In this document: positions 1 to 10,615 of the stretch, in pieces
How positions within the stretch are numbered: position 1 is the stretch's first letter
Layout of the letters: every line of letters starts with the position of its first letter
Assembly (NCBI GenBank): GCA_964543655.1
Contig: CAZIZE010000040.1
Coordinates: 1 to 52,429 of the forward strand
Direction of reading: 5' to 3'
DNA length: 52,429 bases
From: an uncultured bacterium
Lineage (GTDB): Bacteria > DYJV01
Position numbers and translations under genes: made by a program
The notes under the pieces: model-generated
What the model saw: only the letters and a program-made list of their open reading frames with translations
Told to the model about the DNA's origin: nothing
Databases searched by the model: none

Positions 1-1414
1 TTTTTAAAGATGCACAATATTTATGAATTTTATCTTCATCATGAATAGGTAGCTCAATATTATATTTTGCAAAAAAATCATTCCATTTTCCTGAGGAGAA
101 TATCTGTTTAATAGCTTTTTTCTTATTATCATCTCTAAGATTAAAATAATTTTCTATTAATTTTTCAACTAACTTTTCATTTTTTTTATGTTTCTCCTGT
201 TCTAATTGATATTTTAAATATATCTCTTCATATATCTTTTTTGTTTCATTTCTTTTAATTTTTAATTGCCTATAAATTTCTTTTCTTTTATCTGAAAAAA
301 GTGGATCTATTGAAATAAACTGTTTTGCGCTTCCAATTGCTGATAGTATAAATAAAAATTTCTCAAAAACAATTGAAGAGCCTCTCGATTCTTTCAAAAT
401 TACAATTTCTGAACCATTAATATTACCAGAAATTGAATTTTTTACAATAATATTATCTCCAACAATTTTTGCACCATTTACTTCATTAACATCTATATTT
501 TCACCCTCCACATAATTATTAAAAGCTTTTTTAATTTTAATATTTTTACCAATTAACTTAGAGTTTTTATCAGTTATGCCATTAATTGTAATATTCTCAC
601 CAACAATCTCTGCTTCTATTCCCACATTACCAGTAACATTAATATTTTTTGCCTCTACTTTAAATCCTGACTTAATAGTGTCCTCTGTAACATCAGATTT
701 TCCACGGACAATTACTGATGTGGAATCCACATCATCAGCATCAATATTACCAATAGAATAATCAACTGACTTTACAAGAATATTGGAATCAACAAAAAAT
801 CCTTTTCTGCTATCCTGATATAGAAACCCTTCTTTAGTAGAATAATAGTTTATCTCCTTTTCTTCTTCTTTCTCCTCAATACTGTTTTTATCAAATTTAA
901 TTTTATGAATAAGCTTTCCTGGCTCAGCTTTAATTACTTCACCATTGACTTTTATACCATGAATACCCTCTGTTGGCTTTATAATAGTTGCTATTTTTGT
1001 GCTTTTAGGGATAACTCTCTCACTAAAACCTAAATCTTTATGATCTACTTGACCTGTTTTAGGATCTATCTTTCCACTTTTCTTTTTATTTAAATCAATA
1101 TGAATTATTAACTTGCTATCTTCTCCATCAATAGGCTCTCTTCCTTTAGCAAGTAAAAAGGTATAAATATCTTTTTTCCTTTCTTCATCAGACATTAAAA
1201 CATATCTCTTCAAATTGGTCATAATCTCTTTATCAGAAATAATTCCATACGAGAGCTCAGATAACTTTAAAGATAATTTTACTTTCTTATACGCTTCTTG
1301 AAGAGATTTTTTCAGATTTTTTTTATCTATTCTTGAGTTTGGCCTAATATTGAGATATGCTTCTGTTCTCAAATCATTGTAAGATATAAACATATCAAAA
1401 AAAATATCATCCAT
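1..1414 (-). CDS. DUF342/FapA-family protein (flagellar assembly protein A-like), partial: runs off the left edge
   Basis: Not in the ORF track. Read by hand from ATG at 1414: MDDIFFDMFISFNDLRTEAYLNI...KGREPIDGEDSKL...GKIDPKTGQVDHKDLGF...PTEGIHG...VDYSIGNID, which are typical DUF342 motifs. Starts 3 nt after the upstream stop. Confidence 0.8.
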   Translation of the reverse strand, partial: MDDIFFDMFISYNDLRTEAYLNIRPNSRIDKKNLKKSLQEAYKKVKLSLKLSELSYGIISDKEIMTNLKRYVLMSDEERKKDIYTFLLAKGREPIDGEDSKLIIHIDLNKKKSGKIDPKTGQVDHKDLGFSERVIPKSTKIATIIKPTEGIHGIKVNGEVIKAEPGKLIHKIKFDKNSIEEKEEEKEINYYSTKEGFLYQDSRKGFFVDSNILVKSVDYSIGNIDADDVDSTSVIVRGKSDVTEDTIKSGFKVEAKNINVTGNVGIEAEIVGENITINGITDKNSKLIGKNIKIKKAFNNYVEGENIDVNEVNGAKIVGDNIIVKNSISGNINGSEIVILKESRGSSIVFEKFLFILSAIGSAKQFISIDPLFSDKRKEIYRQLKIKRNETKKIYEEIYLKYQLEQEKHKKNEKLVEKLIENYFNLRDDNKKKAIKQIFSSGKWNDFFAKYNIELPIHDEDKIHKYCASLK

Positions 1415-1417
1415 TCA

Positions 1418-2245
1418 TTATCCCTCCATTAATTTTTCAGCAAGTTTTTCTGAACAAAAAACTAATGATTCTAAATCGAGGTAATTTAAAACATTTTTAT
1501 CATAGAGAAACTTCACAGAAGCATCCAGATTTTCTTCTCTAACTTCATCATAAAAATTAATTCTAATTGGTAGTTTAGGGAAAACGTAAAAAACAACACA
1601 TAAATCAGCAACACAATTTTCCTTTCCCAATACCTTTCCACCCAATTTATCGGCTCTTTCTTGCAATAAGTTTAAATTACCTTTAAAGTATTCTTTTAAA
1701 GGTTCTTCTGCCCCTTTTCTCAATGCTGATACTTTGGAAATAGAATTGGGCATATTTTCCATAGCTATCCACTCTCCTGAGATTCCTTTGTCACCGGAGA
1801 AATACACATAGTTGTATATTAAAATTTTATCATAAATATCAATATCTTCTTTATTCTCCTTCTGTAATTTTAACTCTCCATCTTTTTTAATCAAAAAGAT
1901 GTATGTATCAATATAAAAAATTTTTAGTAACTCCATATTTTCCTTTTTCTCATACTCTATATCTAATTTCTTGCTAACTTTAAAAAAATCTAACTTTGAA
2001 ATATTTTTTTCAAGATTGGTAAGAGCATGTATGCCGGGGACTCTATCTCTTTTCTCTTTTTGAAAATACTCTTTTATACTTTCTTCAAGTTCCTCAGGAA
2101 GCTTAATGTATGGACATTTTTTATAATTTATTATCCTTCTTGTTACAGAGGTGGCAAAAGCCATACATGTATTTAAACCACACTCTCCACAGTTATTTTT
2201 GGGTAAATATTTTAATATTTCTATTGGAGAAATTTCATCTTTCAT
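1418..2245 (-). CDS. Fe-S cluster domain (CxxCxxxxC...CP) fused to a DUF3786-like domain
   Basis: N-terminal LPKNNCGECGLNTCMAFA...CP matches the small 4Fe-4S domain of AcsC/RnfB type. C-terminal FPKLPIRINFYDE...LFD-like and YLDLESL motifs fit DUF3786. SD AAGGAG. Confidence 0.75.
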   Translation of the reverse strand: MKDEISPIEILKYLPKNNCGECGLNTCMAFATSVTRRIINYKKCPYIKLPEELEESIKEYFQKEKRDRVPGIHALTNLEKNISKLDFFKVSKKLDIEYEKKENMELLKIFYIDTYIFLIKKDGELKLQKENKEDIDIYDKILIYNYVYFSGDKGISGEWIAMENMPNSISKVSALRKGAEEPLKEYFKGNLNLLQERADKLGGKVLGKENCVADLCVVFYVFPKLPIRINFYDEVREENLDASVKFLYDKNVLNYLDLESLVFCSEKLAEKLMEG

Positions 2246-2535
2246 ATTTACTCCTTAAAATTTTTAGTACAAACTTCATTGAAACAAATTTAATTATCAT
2301 TTATAAACTCTTTCAGAATACCTTTAAAAAAGTCATTCTACTGTCTTAGCAAAACAAAGGAAAAACCCGGTGCAATTATTTATTGTGTATTTATCTTGTA
2401 TAATTGCGCAACTCTCTTAATTTGCTATCAGTTACCAATTTAATTAATTTATAAAAGGAAAAAAGTCAAAATATTTTATTTAGTTTTGATTTTATAAATT
2501 ATGAAAAGAGAGAAAATAATAGATTAAAAATTGAA

Positions 2536-3186
2536 TTAGCTAATAATTTTACCATGTTGCAGCAATACTTTCTTTTTTGTTACCTGATTAATAAAATTTT
2601 CATCATGAGAAATTATTATAAAAGATAAGTTTGTGTCTTTTAAAAAATCTATTAAAAGATTGAGGTGTTTCTTATCAACTCCATTTGTAGGTTCATCAAG
2701 AAGTAAAATCTCAGGATTCATTGCAAGAATTGTTGCCAGAGCAACCATCCTTTTTTCACCACCTGATAATTTGTATGTAATTCTATCCTTTAAATGGTAA
2801 ATTTTTAATTTTTTCAATGTTTCTTCTGCAATATTTCTGGCTTCTTCTCCTTTAAAACCAATGTTTAATGGTCCAAAAGCAACATCATCGATTACAGTTG
2901 GAGAAAAAAGCTGGTCATCTGAATCTTGAAAGAGAAATCCTATTTTAATTCTATACTTTTTAAAATCCTCTTCTGTTTTCATCAAATTACCAAATAAATA
3001 GATTTCTCCTGAGTTAACAGGAAGCAACCCCATAATTATATGAAAAAGGGTTGTTTTTCCTGAACCATTTTCACCTAAAAGTGCAACTTTTTCACCTTTA
3101 AATAATTGAAAATTTAAATCTTTCAAAATAGTTTTCGCAGGAGTATATGAAAATGAGATATTCCTCAATTCTATTAATGGAAACAA
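2536..3186 (-). CDS. cbiO: ECF-type Co/Ni transporter ATPase (CbiO/NikO)
   Basis: Walker A GENGSGKT, FQDSDDQLFSPTV, LSGGEKR, LLLDEPT. Probable TTG start at 3186 behind AGGAG. Confidence 0.88.
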   Translation of the reverse strand: MFPLIELRNISFSYTPAKTILKDLNFQLFKGEKVALLGENGSGKTTLFHIIMGLLPVNSGEIYLFGNLMKTEEDFKKYRIKIGFLFQDSDDQLFSPTVIDDVAFGPLNIGFKGEEARNIAEETLKKLKIYHLKDRITYKLSGGEKRMVALATILAMNPEILLLDEPTNGVDKKHLNLLIDFLKDTNLSFIIISHDENFINQVTKKKVLLQHGKIIS

Positions 3187-3929
3187 ATAGTTGCTCCTAA
3201 AAGAGTTATAATGTAACATCCACCTATTATTGAATATAGTAAATCACTCTTCTTAAACGTAAAATGCTTTAAAGTAAAAAAAGTTCCATTAAAACCCCTG
3301 CATAACATTGCTTTAATAACTCTCTGTGCCCTATCATAACTTTTAATAATAAGGATTCCAACAAGATAAGCATAAGTTTTGTAGGTGAATAAGTTGGTTT
3401 TGGGGGAGAATCCTCTAATTTTAATAGAATTTTGCAATTTTTTATATTGTAGAGATATATCATGAATATATCTGTAACAGAAGAATAATAAAAATATCAA
3501 TTTTTTAGGAACTTTCAAATGCTCAAGAGCATGAGCTATTTCAATAAAAGAGGAAATCCCAAGTAGAAAAATAGTGGTAATTACAATCGCATTTGATTTA
3601 AGCGTAATAAGATACGCATACTCAAGACCTTGCTTTGTAAAATTTAGAGATTTAAAATGGTAAAGGGTATCCCCTGGATAAGAGAGGGGGAGAAATATCC
3701 AGAGGATAAATATAAAACCATTTACCACAGACAATCGTTTAAAAAGATTAGAGAAATTTATGCTTTTTGTAAGCATTAAAAATATAGGTAAAGTTAATGA
3801 AAAATATACTGCATTTATATTGTGCAACAGCGCAACAATCAAAGAGTAAGAGAAACAGAATATTATCCTAACTCTTGGGTCAATATTAGCAATAAATGAA
3901 TCTGAGTTTATAAATTTTGAATCAATCAT
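3174..3929 (-). CDS. cbiQ: ECF-type Co/Ni transporter T component (CbiQ/NikQ)
   Basis: IDPRVR, YRYI, IRGF and AMLCRGF motifs; hydrophobic; overlaps cbiO. Confidence 0.88.
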   Translation of the reverse strand: MIDSKFINSDSFIANIDPRVRIIFCFSYSLIVALLHNINAVYFSLTLPIFLMLTKSINFSNLFKRLSVVNGFIFILWIFLPLSYPGDTLYHFKSLNFTKQGLEYAYLITLKSNAIVITTIFLLGISSFIEIAHALEHLKVPKKLIFLLFFCYRYIHDISLQYKKLQNSIKIRGFSPKTNLFTYKTYAYLVGILIIKSYDRAQRVIKAMLCRGFNGTFFTLKHFTFKKSDLLYSIIGGCYIITLLGATICFH

Positions 3930-4528
3930 TTCTTACTCTTAAAGTATAAAATTATCCCAAACAATCCAAATATATATCCAATGCCACCAAAAATTTCATT
4001 AAAGGTAGGTTTATTATTCCTTAAAAGAGCAAGTTCCCTTAATACAGGTTTTAGTTTTTTATCAAGTATTTTTTCAAATTTTTTATAATCACACTGAACA
4101 TTAACACTATTAGATACCTGCTGTTTTGGAGCAGATGATACACTTTTATTCTGATTATTACTCTCATTTGTCGTATCAGAATCGCTGTTATCCTCCATCC
4201 ATTCAGAAGGTTTAATCAAAACTTCAGCTCTATGCCCCATTTCAGCATTTAAAACTACTTTTAATGTATGATTTTTAGGAATATCTGGAATTTTGAAATT
4301 GAATCTACCCTCTTTATCTGTTTTACCTTTTAAAAGTAACTTATTAGCATTGTTATCATAAACTAATATCTCTGAATTTCTACATTTTGTGCCATCACTA
4401 AAATATGTTTCAAGGTACATTTTGTTATCTTCTGCATAATAGAAAATATTAACTTTATGAGCATAACTTATAGATTTAAAATAAACTAAAAATAAAAAAA
4501 TAGCTAAAAATGTAAGAACTTTTCTCAT
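3926..4528 (-). CDS. Ni/Co ECF auxiliary component (NikL/CbiL-like; signal peptide plus C-terminal TM helix)
   Basis: Start at ATG 4528 (MRKVLTF) behind AGGAGAGGTGA. Mature N-terminus AHKVNIF..YFSDG; GKTDKEGRFNF; C-terminal IFGGIGYIFGLFG helix. Adjacent to cbiQO. Confidence 0.7.
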   Translation of the reverse strand: MRKVLTFLAIFLFLVYFKSISYAHKVNIFYYAEDNKMYLETYFSDGTKCRNSEILVYDNNANKLLLKGKTDKEGRFNFKIPDIPKNHTLKVVLNAEMGHRAEVLIKPSEWMEDNSDSDTTNESNNQNKSVSSAPKQQVSNSVNVQCDYKKFEKILDKKLKPVLRELALLRNNKPTFNEIFGGIGYIFGLFGIILYFKSKK

Positions 4529-4552
4529 AATCACCTCTCCTAATTTTTTTAC

Positions 4553-4628
4553 AAAAAAAAAAGCCACGAAGAATATACTGACTTCATATAACCTTCGTGG
4601 CTTTAAAAATTCTTTCTTAGAATTTTTA
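4553..4628 (-). terminator. Leader hairpin followed by a strong intrinsic terminator upstream of the Ni/Co ECF genes (possible attenuator)
   Basis: Perfect 12-bp stem AAAGCCACGAAG (4560-4571) / CTTCGTGGCTTT (4593-4604) with a 10-nt U tract on the minus strand. It is preceded by a second hairpin, TAAAAATTCT/AGAATTTTTA (4604-4628). Confidence 0.75.
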
Positions 4629-4661
4629 GTTAACAACCTTTATCATATATTAAGTTCCATG

Positions 4662-6542
4662 TCAACTATTATTTGATTTAAAGAAAAAATTAATTTTATT
4701 TATTAACTCACTACTTGTAATTGGCTTTTCTAAAATATTTTTTACAATAGAATATTTTCTTAAAGAAAGTACTGTTGAATCAATATAGCCTGTAATAATA
4801 AACACAGGATATGAAAAATTTTCTCTATACATAAAATCGAGTATATCCTTAGCATTTTTATTATCATCAAGAACAAAATCAAGAATTATTAAATCAGGTT
4901 TTAATTCTTTAATACTATCACAAAACTCTTTTGCTTTATCAAAAGAAATTATTTCAAAACCATAAAAATTTAAAATCTCAGATAAACTATTTTTAAAATA
5001 AACATCATCATCAAGAATTACAATTCTATAATTTTCTTCCTTGCTTTCATTAAGAGAATTCCCCAATTCATAAGATAGCTTCTCTTTAAAATCATACTCA
5101 GGAATTAAAATTATAAATTCAGTAAATTTATTAACCTCTGAAATTACATCTATGCAACCACCTAATTCCTTTATTTCCTTCATAACTATTGCAAGGCCAA
5201 GTCCAGTTCCCTTTTTTTCAGAATTACTATCTCCTGTTTTTAATGTAAAAAAAGGCTCAAAAATTTTATCCTTTAATTCTTCTGGAATCCCTATACCATT
5301 ATCTCTAACTACAATTCTTATAAAAGATTTTTCCTTAATAAAAACCTGCTCACATTCAATTAGAATATTTCCCTCTGATTTTTTAATTTCTATTATAGCA
5401 TCAATTGCATTTAAAATTAGATTTAACAATACCTGTACAATAGATGATTTATTTGCTAAAATTTTTTCCTTTTTACATTTTATATTAACATTTAATTTAA
5501 TATTAGAATATTTTTTTACAACAGGAGAAACTATTGACAGAGCGTCCTGAAAACATGCCATAACTGAAATGGCTTCTTTGCTAATCTTTGACTTTCTTGT
5601 AAAATTTAACATTTTCTGCAGAAGGGTATTTGCTTTCTCAATTAAACTATCAATACTATCAAGATATTTATCAAGTTTCTCTGGAGCACTATCTTTAATT
5701 AATTTACTTAACTCCACATTATACCCTATACCTGTAAGAATATTATTAATATCGTGAATAATTGATCCTGTCATAAGCCCTATTAATTCCATCTTTTGAG
5801 CCTGTTTAAGCTGAGTTTCAAGCTCTCTTTTCTCTCTTACATCTCTAAACACACTAATATAATTCTCAATATTACCTTCTTCATCAAACAAACCAAATAT
5901 TTTAACTGCACATGGGATTAGTTCATTTTTATCATTAATAATATCAAGGTCACCTATCCAGTGTTTATGCTCCTTTATAATTCCAACAATTTGTTTAACT
6001 GTATTTTCAGTATAGGAGGATACTGGCAGGATATCTTTTGCCTTGGTGCCTAAGGAAACATTCCCAATAATTTCACCAAATTTTTTATTTTTATAAATAA
6101 TAAAACCTTTACTATCTGTTATAAAAATAGCATCACTATTTTCTTCTATAACTCTTGTAAATAATTGGTGCTCTTTTTTTAATTTTTCATGTTTTGTTAC
6201 ATCAAATATCCAGCCCTCTAACTTTTGACCATTATCAAATAATCTGCCTGAAAGTAAAATTTCTGCTATTTCACCATCTTTTCTTTTGATTTTAATCTTA
6301 ATTGTGTCAACTTTACCATACTCTCTTAATAAAGAAAGGAATCTCTCTCTTTCATCTTTGGATAAATAAATATCTTCTGGAATGTAAACCTTTTTTAGTT
6401 CATCAAGAGTTTCATATCCAAAAATTTTTAATAGCTGCTTATTCGCATAGACAAATTTACCAGAAACTGTTGAAATATAGTATCCAACTAAAGCATCTTC
6501 TATAGATTTTCTAAAATTAAATTTTTCAAGATTAAATTCCAA
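4662..6542 (-). CDS. Cytoplasmic hybrid sensor histidine kinase (PAS-PAS-HisKA-HATPase-receiver)
   Basis: Two PAS-like segments, H-box IIHDINNIL, N-box LNLILNAIDA, DNGIGI, FEPFF, GTGLGL and receiver ILDDD...LIILD...KP. No TM helix evident. TTG start. Confidence 0.9.
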   Translation of the reverse strand: MEFNLEKFNFRKSIEDALVGYYISTVSGKFVYANKQLLKIFGYETLDELKKVYIPEDIYLSKDERERFLSLLREYGKVDTIKIKIKRKDGEIAEILLSGRLFDNGQKLEGWIFDVTKHEKLKKEHQLFTRVIEENSDAIFITDSKGFIIYKNKKFGEIIGNVSLGTKAKDILPVSSYTENTVKQIVGIIKEHKHWIGDLDIINDKNELIPCAVKIFGLFDEEGNIENYISVFRDVREKRELETQLKQAQKMELIGLMTGSIIHDINNILTGIGYNVELSKLIKDSAPEKLDKYLDSIDSLIEKANTLLQKMLNFTRKSKISKEAISVMACFQDALSIVSPVVKKYSNIKLNVNIKCKKEKILANKSSIVQVLLNLILNAIDAIIEIKKSEGNILIECEQVFIKEKSFIRIVVRDNGIGIPEELKDKIFEPFFTLKTGDSNSEKKGTGLGLAIVMKEIKELGGCIDVISEVNKFTEFIILIPEYDFKEKLSYELGNSLNESKEENYRIVILDDDVYFKNSLSEILNFYGFEIISFDKAKEFCDSIKELKPDLIILDFVLDDNKNAKDILDFMYRENFSYPVFIITGYIDSTVLSLRKYSIVKNILEKPITSSELINKINFFFKSNNS

Positions 6543-6544
6543 AT

Positions 6545-7652
6545 CTATTTTCCTCCTGATGAAAAAAGAAAGCTTTTGATAAAATCATTAAGTAGCTCAC
6601 CATCCATCATAGCTTTAACATTGCCTGTTTCAAAACCAGTTCTGTGATCCTTAACAAGCTGATAAGGGTGCATAATATAAGATCTAATCTGGCTACCCCA
6701 ACCAATTTCTTTCTGCTCTCCTCTAATTTCATCTATTTCTTCTTGTTTTGCTTTTTTCTCAAGCTCGTGAATTTTTGCTTTTAAAATACTCATTGCAACC
6801 TCTTTGTTCCTGTGTTGCGACCTTTCATTCTGACATTGAACTACTATACCAGTGGGCAAATGAGTGATTCTAACAGCAGAATCTGTTTTATTAACATGCT
6901 GACCACCTGCACCACTTGCCCTGTATGTATCTATTTTTAAATCCTTTTCATTAATTTCAACAACTATCTCATTGCTAATTTCAGGAATTACTGAAATTGA
7001 AGCAAAAGAAGTGTGTCTTTTCTTATTAGCATCAAAAGGAGATATTCTAACCAATCTATGGATGCCAACTTCACTTTTTAATAATCCATACGCATAATCA
7101 CCTTTAACTATAAAAGTAGCACTTTTAATACCTGCTTCTTCCATTGTTTGAATATCTACTATTTCTGTTTTAAATCTATTTCTTTCACACCATCTAAGAT
7201 ACATTCTAAGGAGCATCTCCGCCCAATCCTGTGCTTCTGTGCCTCCTGCTCCAGCATTAATACTCACAATAGCGTTAGACTGGTCATTTGCATCAGATAA
7301 AACCTCTTTTATTTCAAGATGATTAATCTCTTTTTTTAATTCCTTGAGATTAACCTGAATCTCTTTAAAAAACTCTTCATCTTTTTCTGACTCAAATAGC
7401 TCTATGCTAACTTTTAAATCATCTAATTTATTATTGAGCAATTTAAAATGATTAATTATATCCTTTAATCTTTTCTCCTCTTTTAAAATATTTTTAGCTT
7501 TCTCATGATTATCCCAAAATTTATTATCGGATAATATTAATGAAATTTCAGATAATTTTTTCTCTTTATTCTCTATCTCAAAGATAACTCCTTAAATCAT
7601 TTAATTTTTTTGACATTTCTGAAACTTCTCTTTTTATTTCCCAAAGCTCCAA
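6545..7652 (-). CDS. prfB: Peptide chain release factor 2, expressed through a programmed +1 frameshift (~368 aa)
   Basis: SPF and GGQ motifs. A 24-codon first frame runs from TTG 7652 to CTT (7583-7581), then TGA. The +1 frame continues E-I-E-N-K...FWDN into the 298-aa ORF. Internal SD AGGAG lies just upstream of CTT TGA. Confidence 0.95.
7577..7592 (-). promoter_or_regulatory. prfB +1 frameshift signal AGGAGT-TAT-CTT-TGA-G
   Basis: Read directly from the minus strand. Matches the RF2 autoregulatory site, except that the base after UGA is G rather than C. Confidence 0.92.
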
Positions 7653-7653
7653 T

Positions 7654-8989
<1,336 letters not shown>

Positions 8990-9004
8990 ATAAAAAATTT
9001 ATTT

Positions 9005-10597
9005 TCATAATTCAATAAGTGTAGCTGAAACAACATTGGGCAACTCATTTAAACCCTTTAAAATTTCCTCTGTTATTTCATTATCAACCTGCACAATTGA
9101 TACAGCCATGCCACCTATTGATTCTCTACCAAATTGCATGTTTCCAATGTTAATATTATTTTTGCCAAGAAAAGAACCAATATTTCCAATAACACCTGGC
9201 TTATCATAGTTGTAAAGTAAAATAATATGTCCTGCTGGCTCAGCTTCAACTCTAAAATTGTTTATTGAAACTATCCTGATATCCTCTTTACCAAAAAGTG
9301 CACCCTCAACTGAATATTTACCATCATTGGTAACAGTTGTTACTAAAATGGAAGATGAAAAGTTCTTTCCTTCATCATTTTTAGCTTCATTTATTCTAAT
9401 ACCACGCTCTTTTGCAACAAGTGGTGCATTTACAAAATTAACATTTTCACCCATCATAGGGGTTAGTAATCCTTTTATAATTGAAAGTGTAATAGGAGAA
9501 ACATCATGTTTGGCAACCTCACCATAATACTCTATAAAAACTTCAGTAAATCCACAAGAAACTTTACACATCTGAGTAACAAAACTACCTATTTTTTCAC
9601 CTAACTTAATGTAAGGTTGAATAGATTTCAACTCTTCCTGACTAACAGATGGAACATTTAAAGCATTTTTAATTATACCATAATTTAAAAAATCCACCAT
9701 CTGCTCTGCAACTGCCACAGCAACATTGTATTGAGCTTCTTTTGTAGAAGCTCCAAGATGTGGAGTACAGATAAATTTATCATGACTGAAAAGAGGATGA
9801 GAAAAATCAGGTGGCTCTTTAGCAAAAACATCCATTGCAGCACCTGCTACTTTACCGCTATTTAAAGCTTCCACAAGATCATCTTCATTAACAATCCCTC
9901 CTCTTGCACAGCAGATTATTCTAACACCATCTTTCATCTTATTAAATGTATCTTTATTAATAAGATTTTTAGTTTCTTTGGTCAGTGGAGTGTGGATTGT
10001 AATGTAATCACTTTCTCTGTAAATATCTTCAAGGCTAACAAGCTTTACTCCCTTTTTAGCAGCGTTTTCTTCTGAAATAAATGGGTCATATCCTATTACT
10101 TTCATTTTCAATCCAAGAGCTCTATTTGCAACTATTGTACCTATATTTCCAAGACCGATTATCCCGAGAGTTTTATTAAAAAGCTCTGTTCCCATAAATT
10201 TACTCTTTTCCCACTTGCCACTTTTAAGACTTGCTGTTGCTTGAGGAATATTACGGGATAGAGACATCATCATTGCAATTGTATGCTCAGCTGTTGTTAT
10301 AGTGTTACCCTGTGGTGTATTCATAACAACTATTCCCTTCTCTGTTGCAGCAGGAATATCAACATTATCCACGCCGATTCCAGCTCTTCCTATTGCTTTA
10401 AGATTTTTAGCTGCATCTAAAACATCTTTTGTAAGCTTTGTTGCACTTCTAATAACAATGCCATCATATTCTCCAATAACATCTTTTAACTCATCTTTGC
10501 TCATGCCAACTTTAACGTCAACATCTATATTTTCTGCATTTTTTAATATTTCAACACCCTTTTCATGAAGTTTATCACTAACAAGCACTTTATACAT
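9005..10597 (-). CDS. serA: D-3-phosphoglycerate dehydrogenase (long form with ASB and ACT domains)
   Basis: RAGIGVDNVD, GLGNIG, TPHLGAST, and C-terminal DKPGVIG ACT domain. Confidence 0.97.
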   Translation of the reverse strand: MYKVLVSDKLHEKGVEILKNAENIDVDVKVGMSKDELKDVIGEYDGIVIRSATKLTKDVLDAAKNLKAIGRAGIGVDNVDIPAATEKGIVVMNTPQGNTITTAEHTIAMMMSLSRNIPQATASLKSGKWEKSKFMGTELFNKTLGIIGLGNIGTIVANRALGLKMKVIGYDPFISEENAAKKGVKLVSLEDIYRESDYITIHTPLTKETKNLINKDTFNKMKDGVRIICCARGGIVNEDDLVEALNSGKVAGAAMDVFAKEPPDFSHPLFSHDKFICTPHLGASTKEAQYNVAVAVAEQMVDFLNYGIIKNALNVPSVSQEELKSIQPYIKLGEKIGSFVTQMCKVSCGFTEVFIEYYGEVAKHDVSPITLSIIKGLLTPMMGENVNFVNAPLVAKERGIRINEAKNDEGKNFSSSILVTTVTNDGKYSVEGALFGKEDIRIVSINNFRVEAEPAGHIILLYNYDKPGVIGNIGSFLGKNNINIGNMQFGRESIGGMAVSIVQVDNEITEEILKGLNELPNVVSATLIEL

Positions 10598-10615
10598 TTT
10601 AAAACCCCTTTCAAT

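Noticed and set aside
2358-2376. AGGAAAAACCCGGTGCAAT resembles the start of a cobalamin riboswitch near the cbi genes
   Set aside because: It is on the strand opposite the flanking genes and downstream of cbiO, and the following conserved elements (CCCGC.ACTGT, B12 box) are absent.
4529-4636. 36-codon N-terminal extension of the NikL/CbiL-like ORF as given in the track
   Set aside because: It runs through the terminator hairpin. ATG 4528 has a strong SD and begins a proper signal peptide.
6545-7652. prfB as a frameshifted pseudogene
   Set aside because: The break is the conserved programmed +1 site with an internal SD, and both frames are intact.
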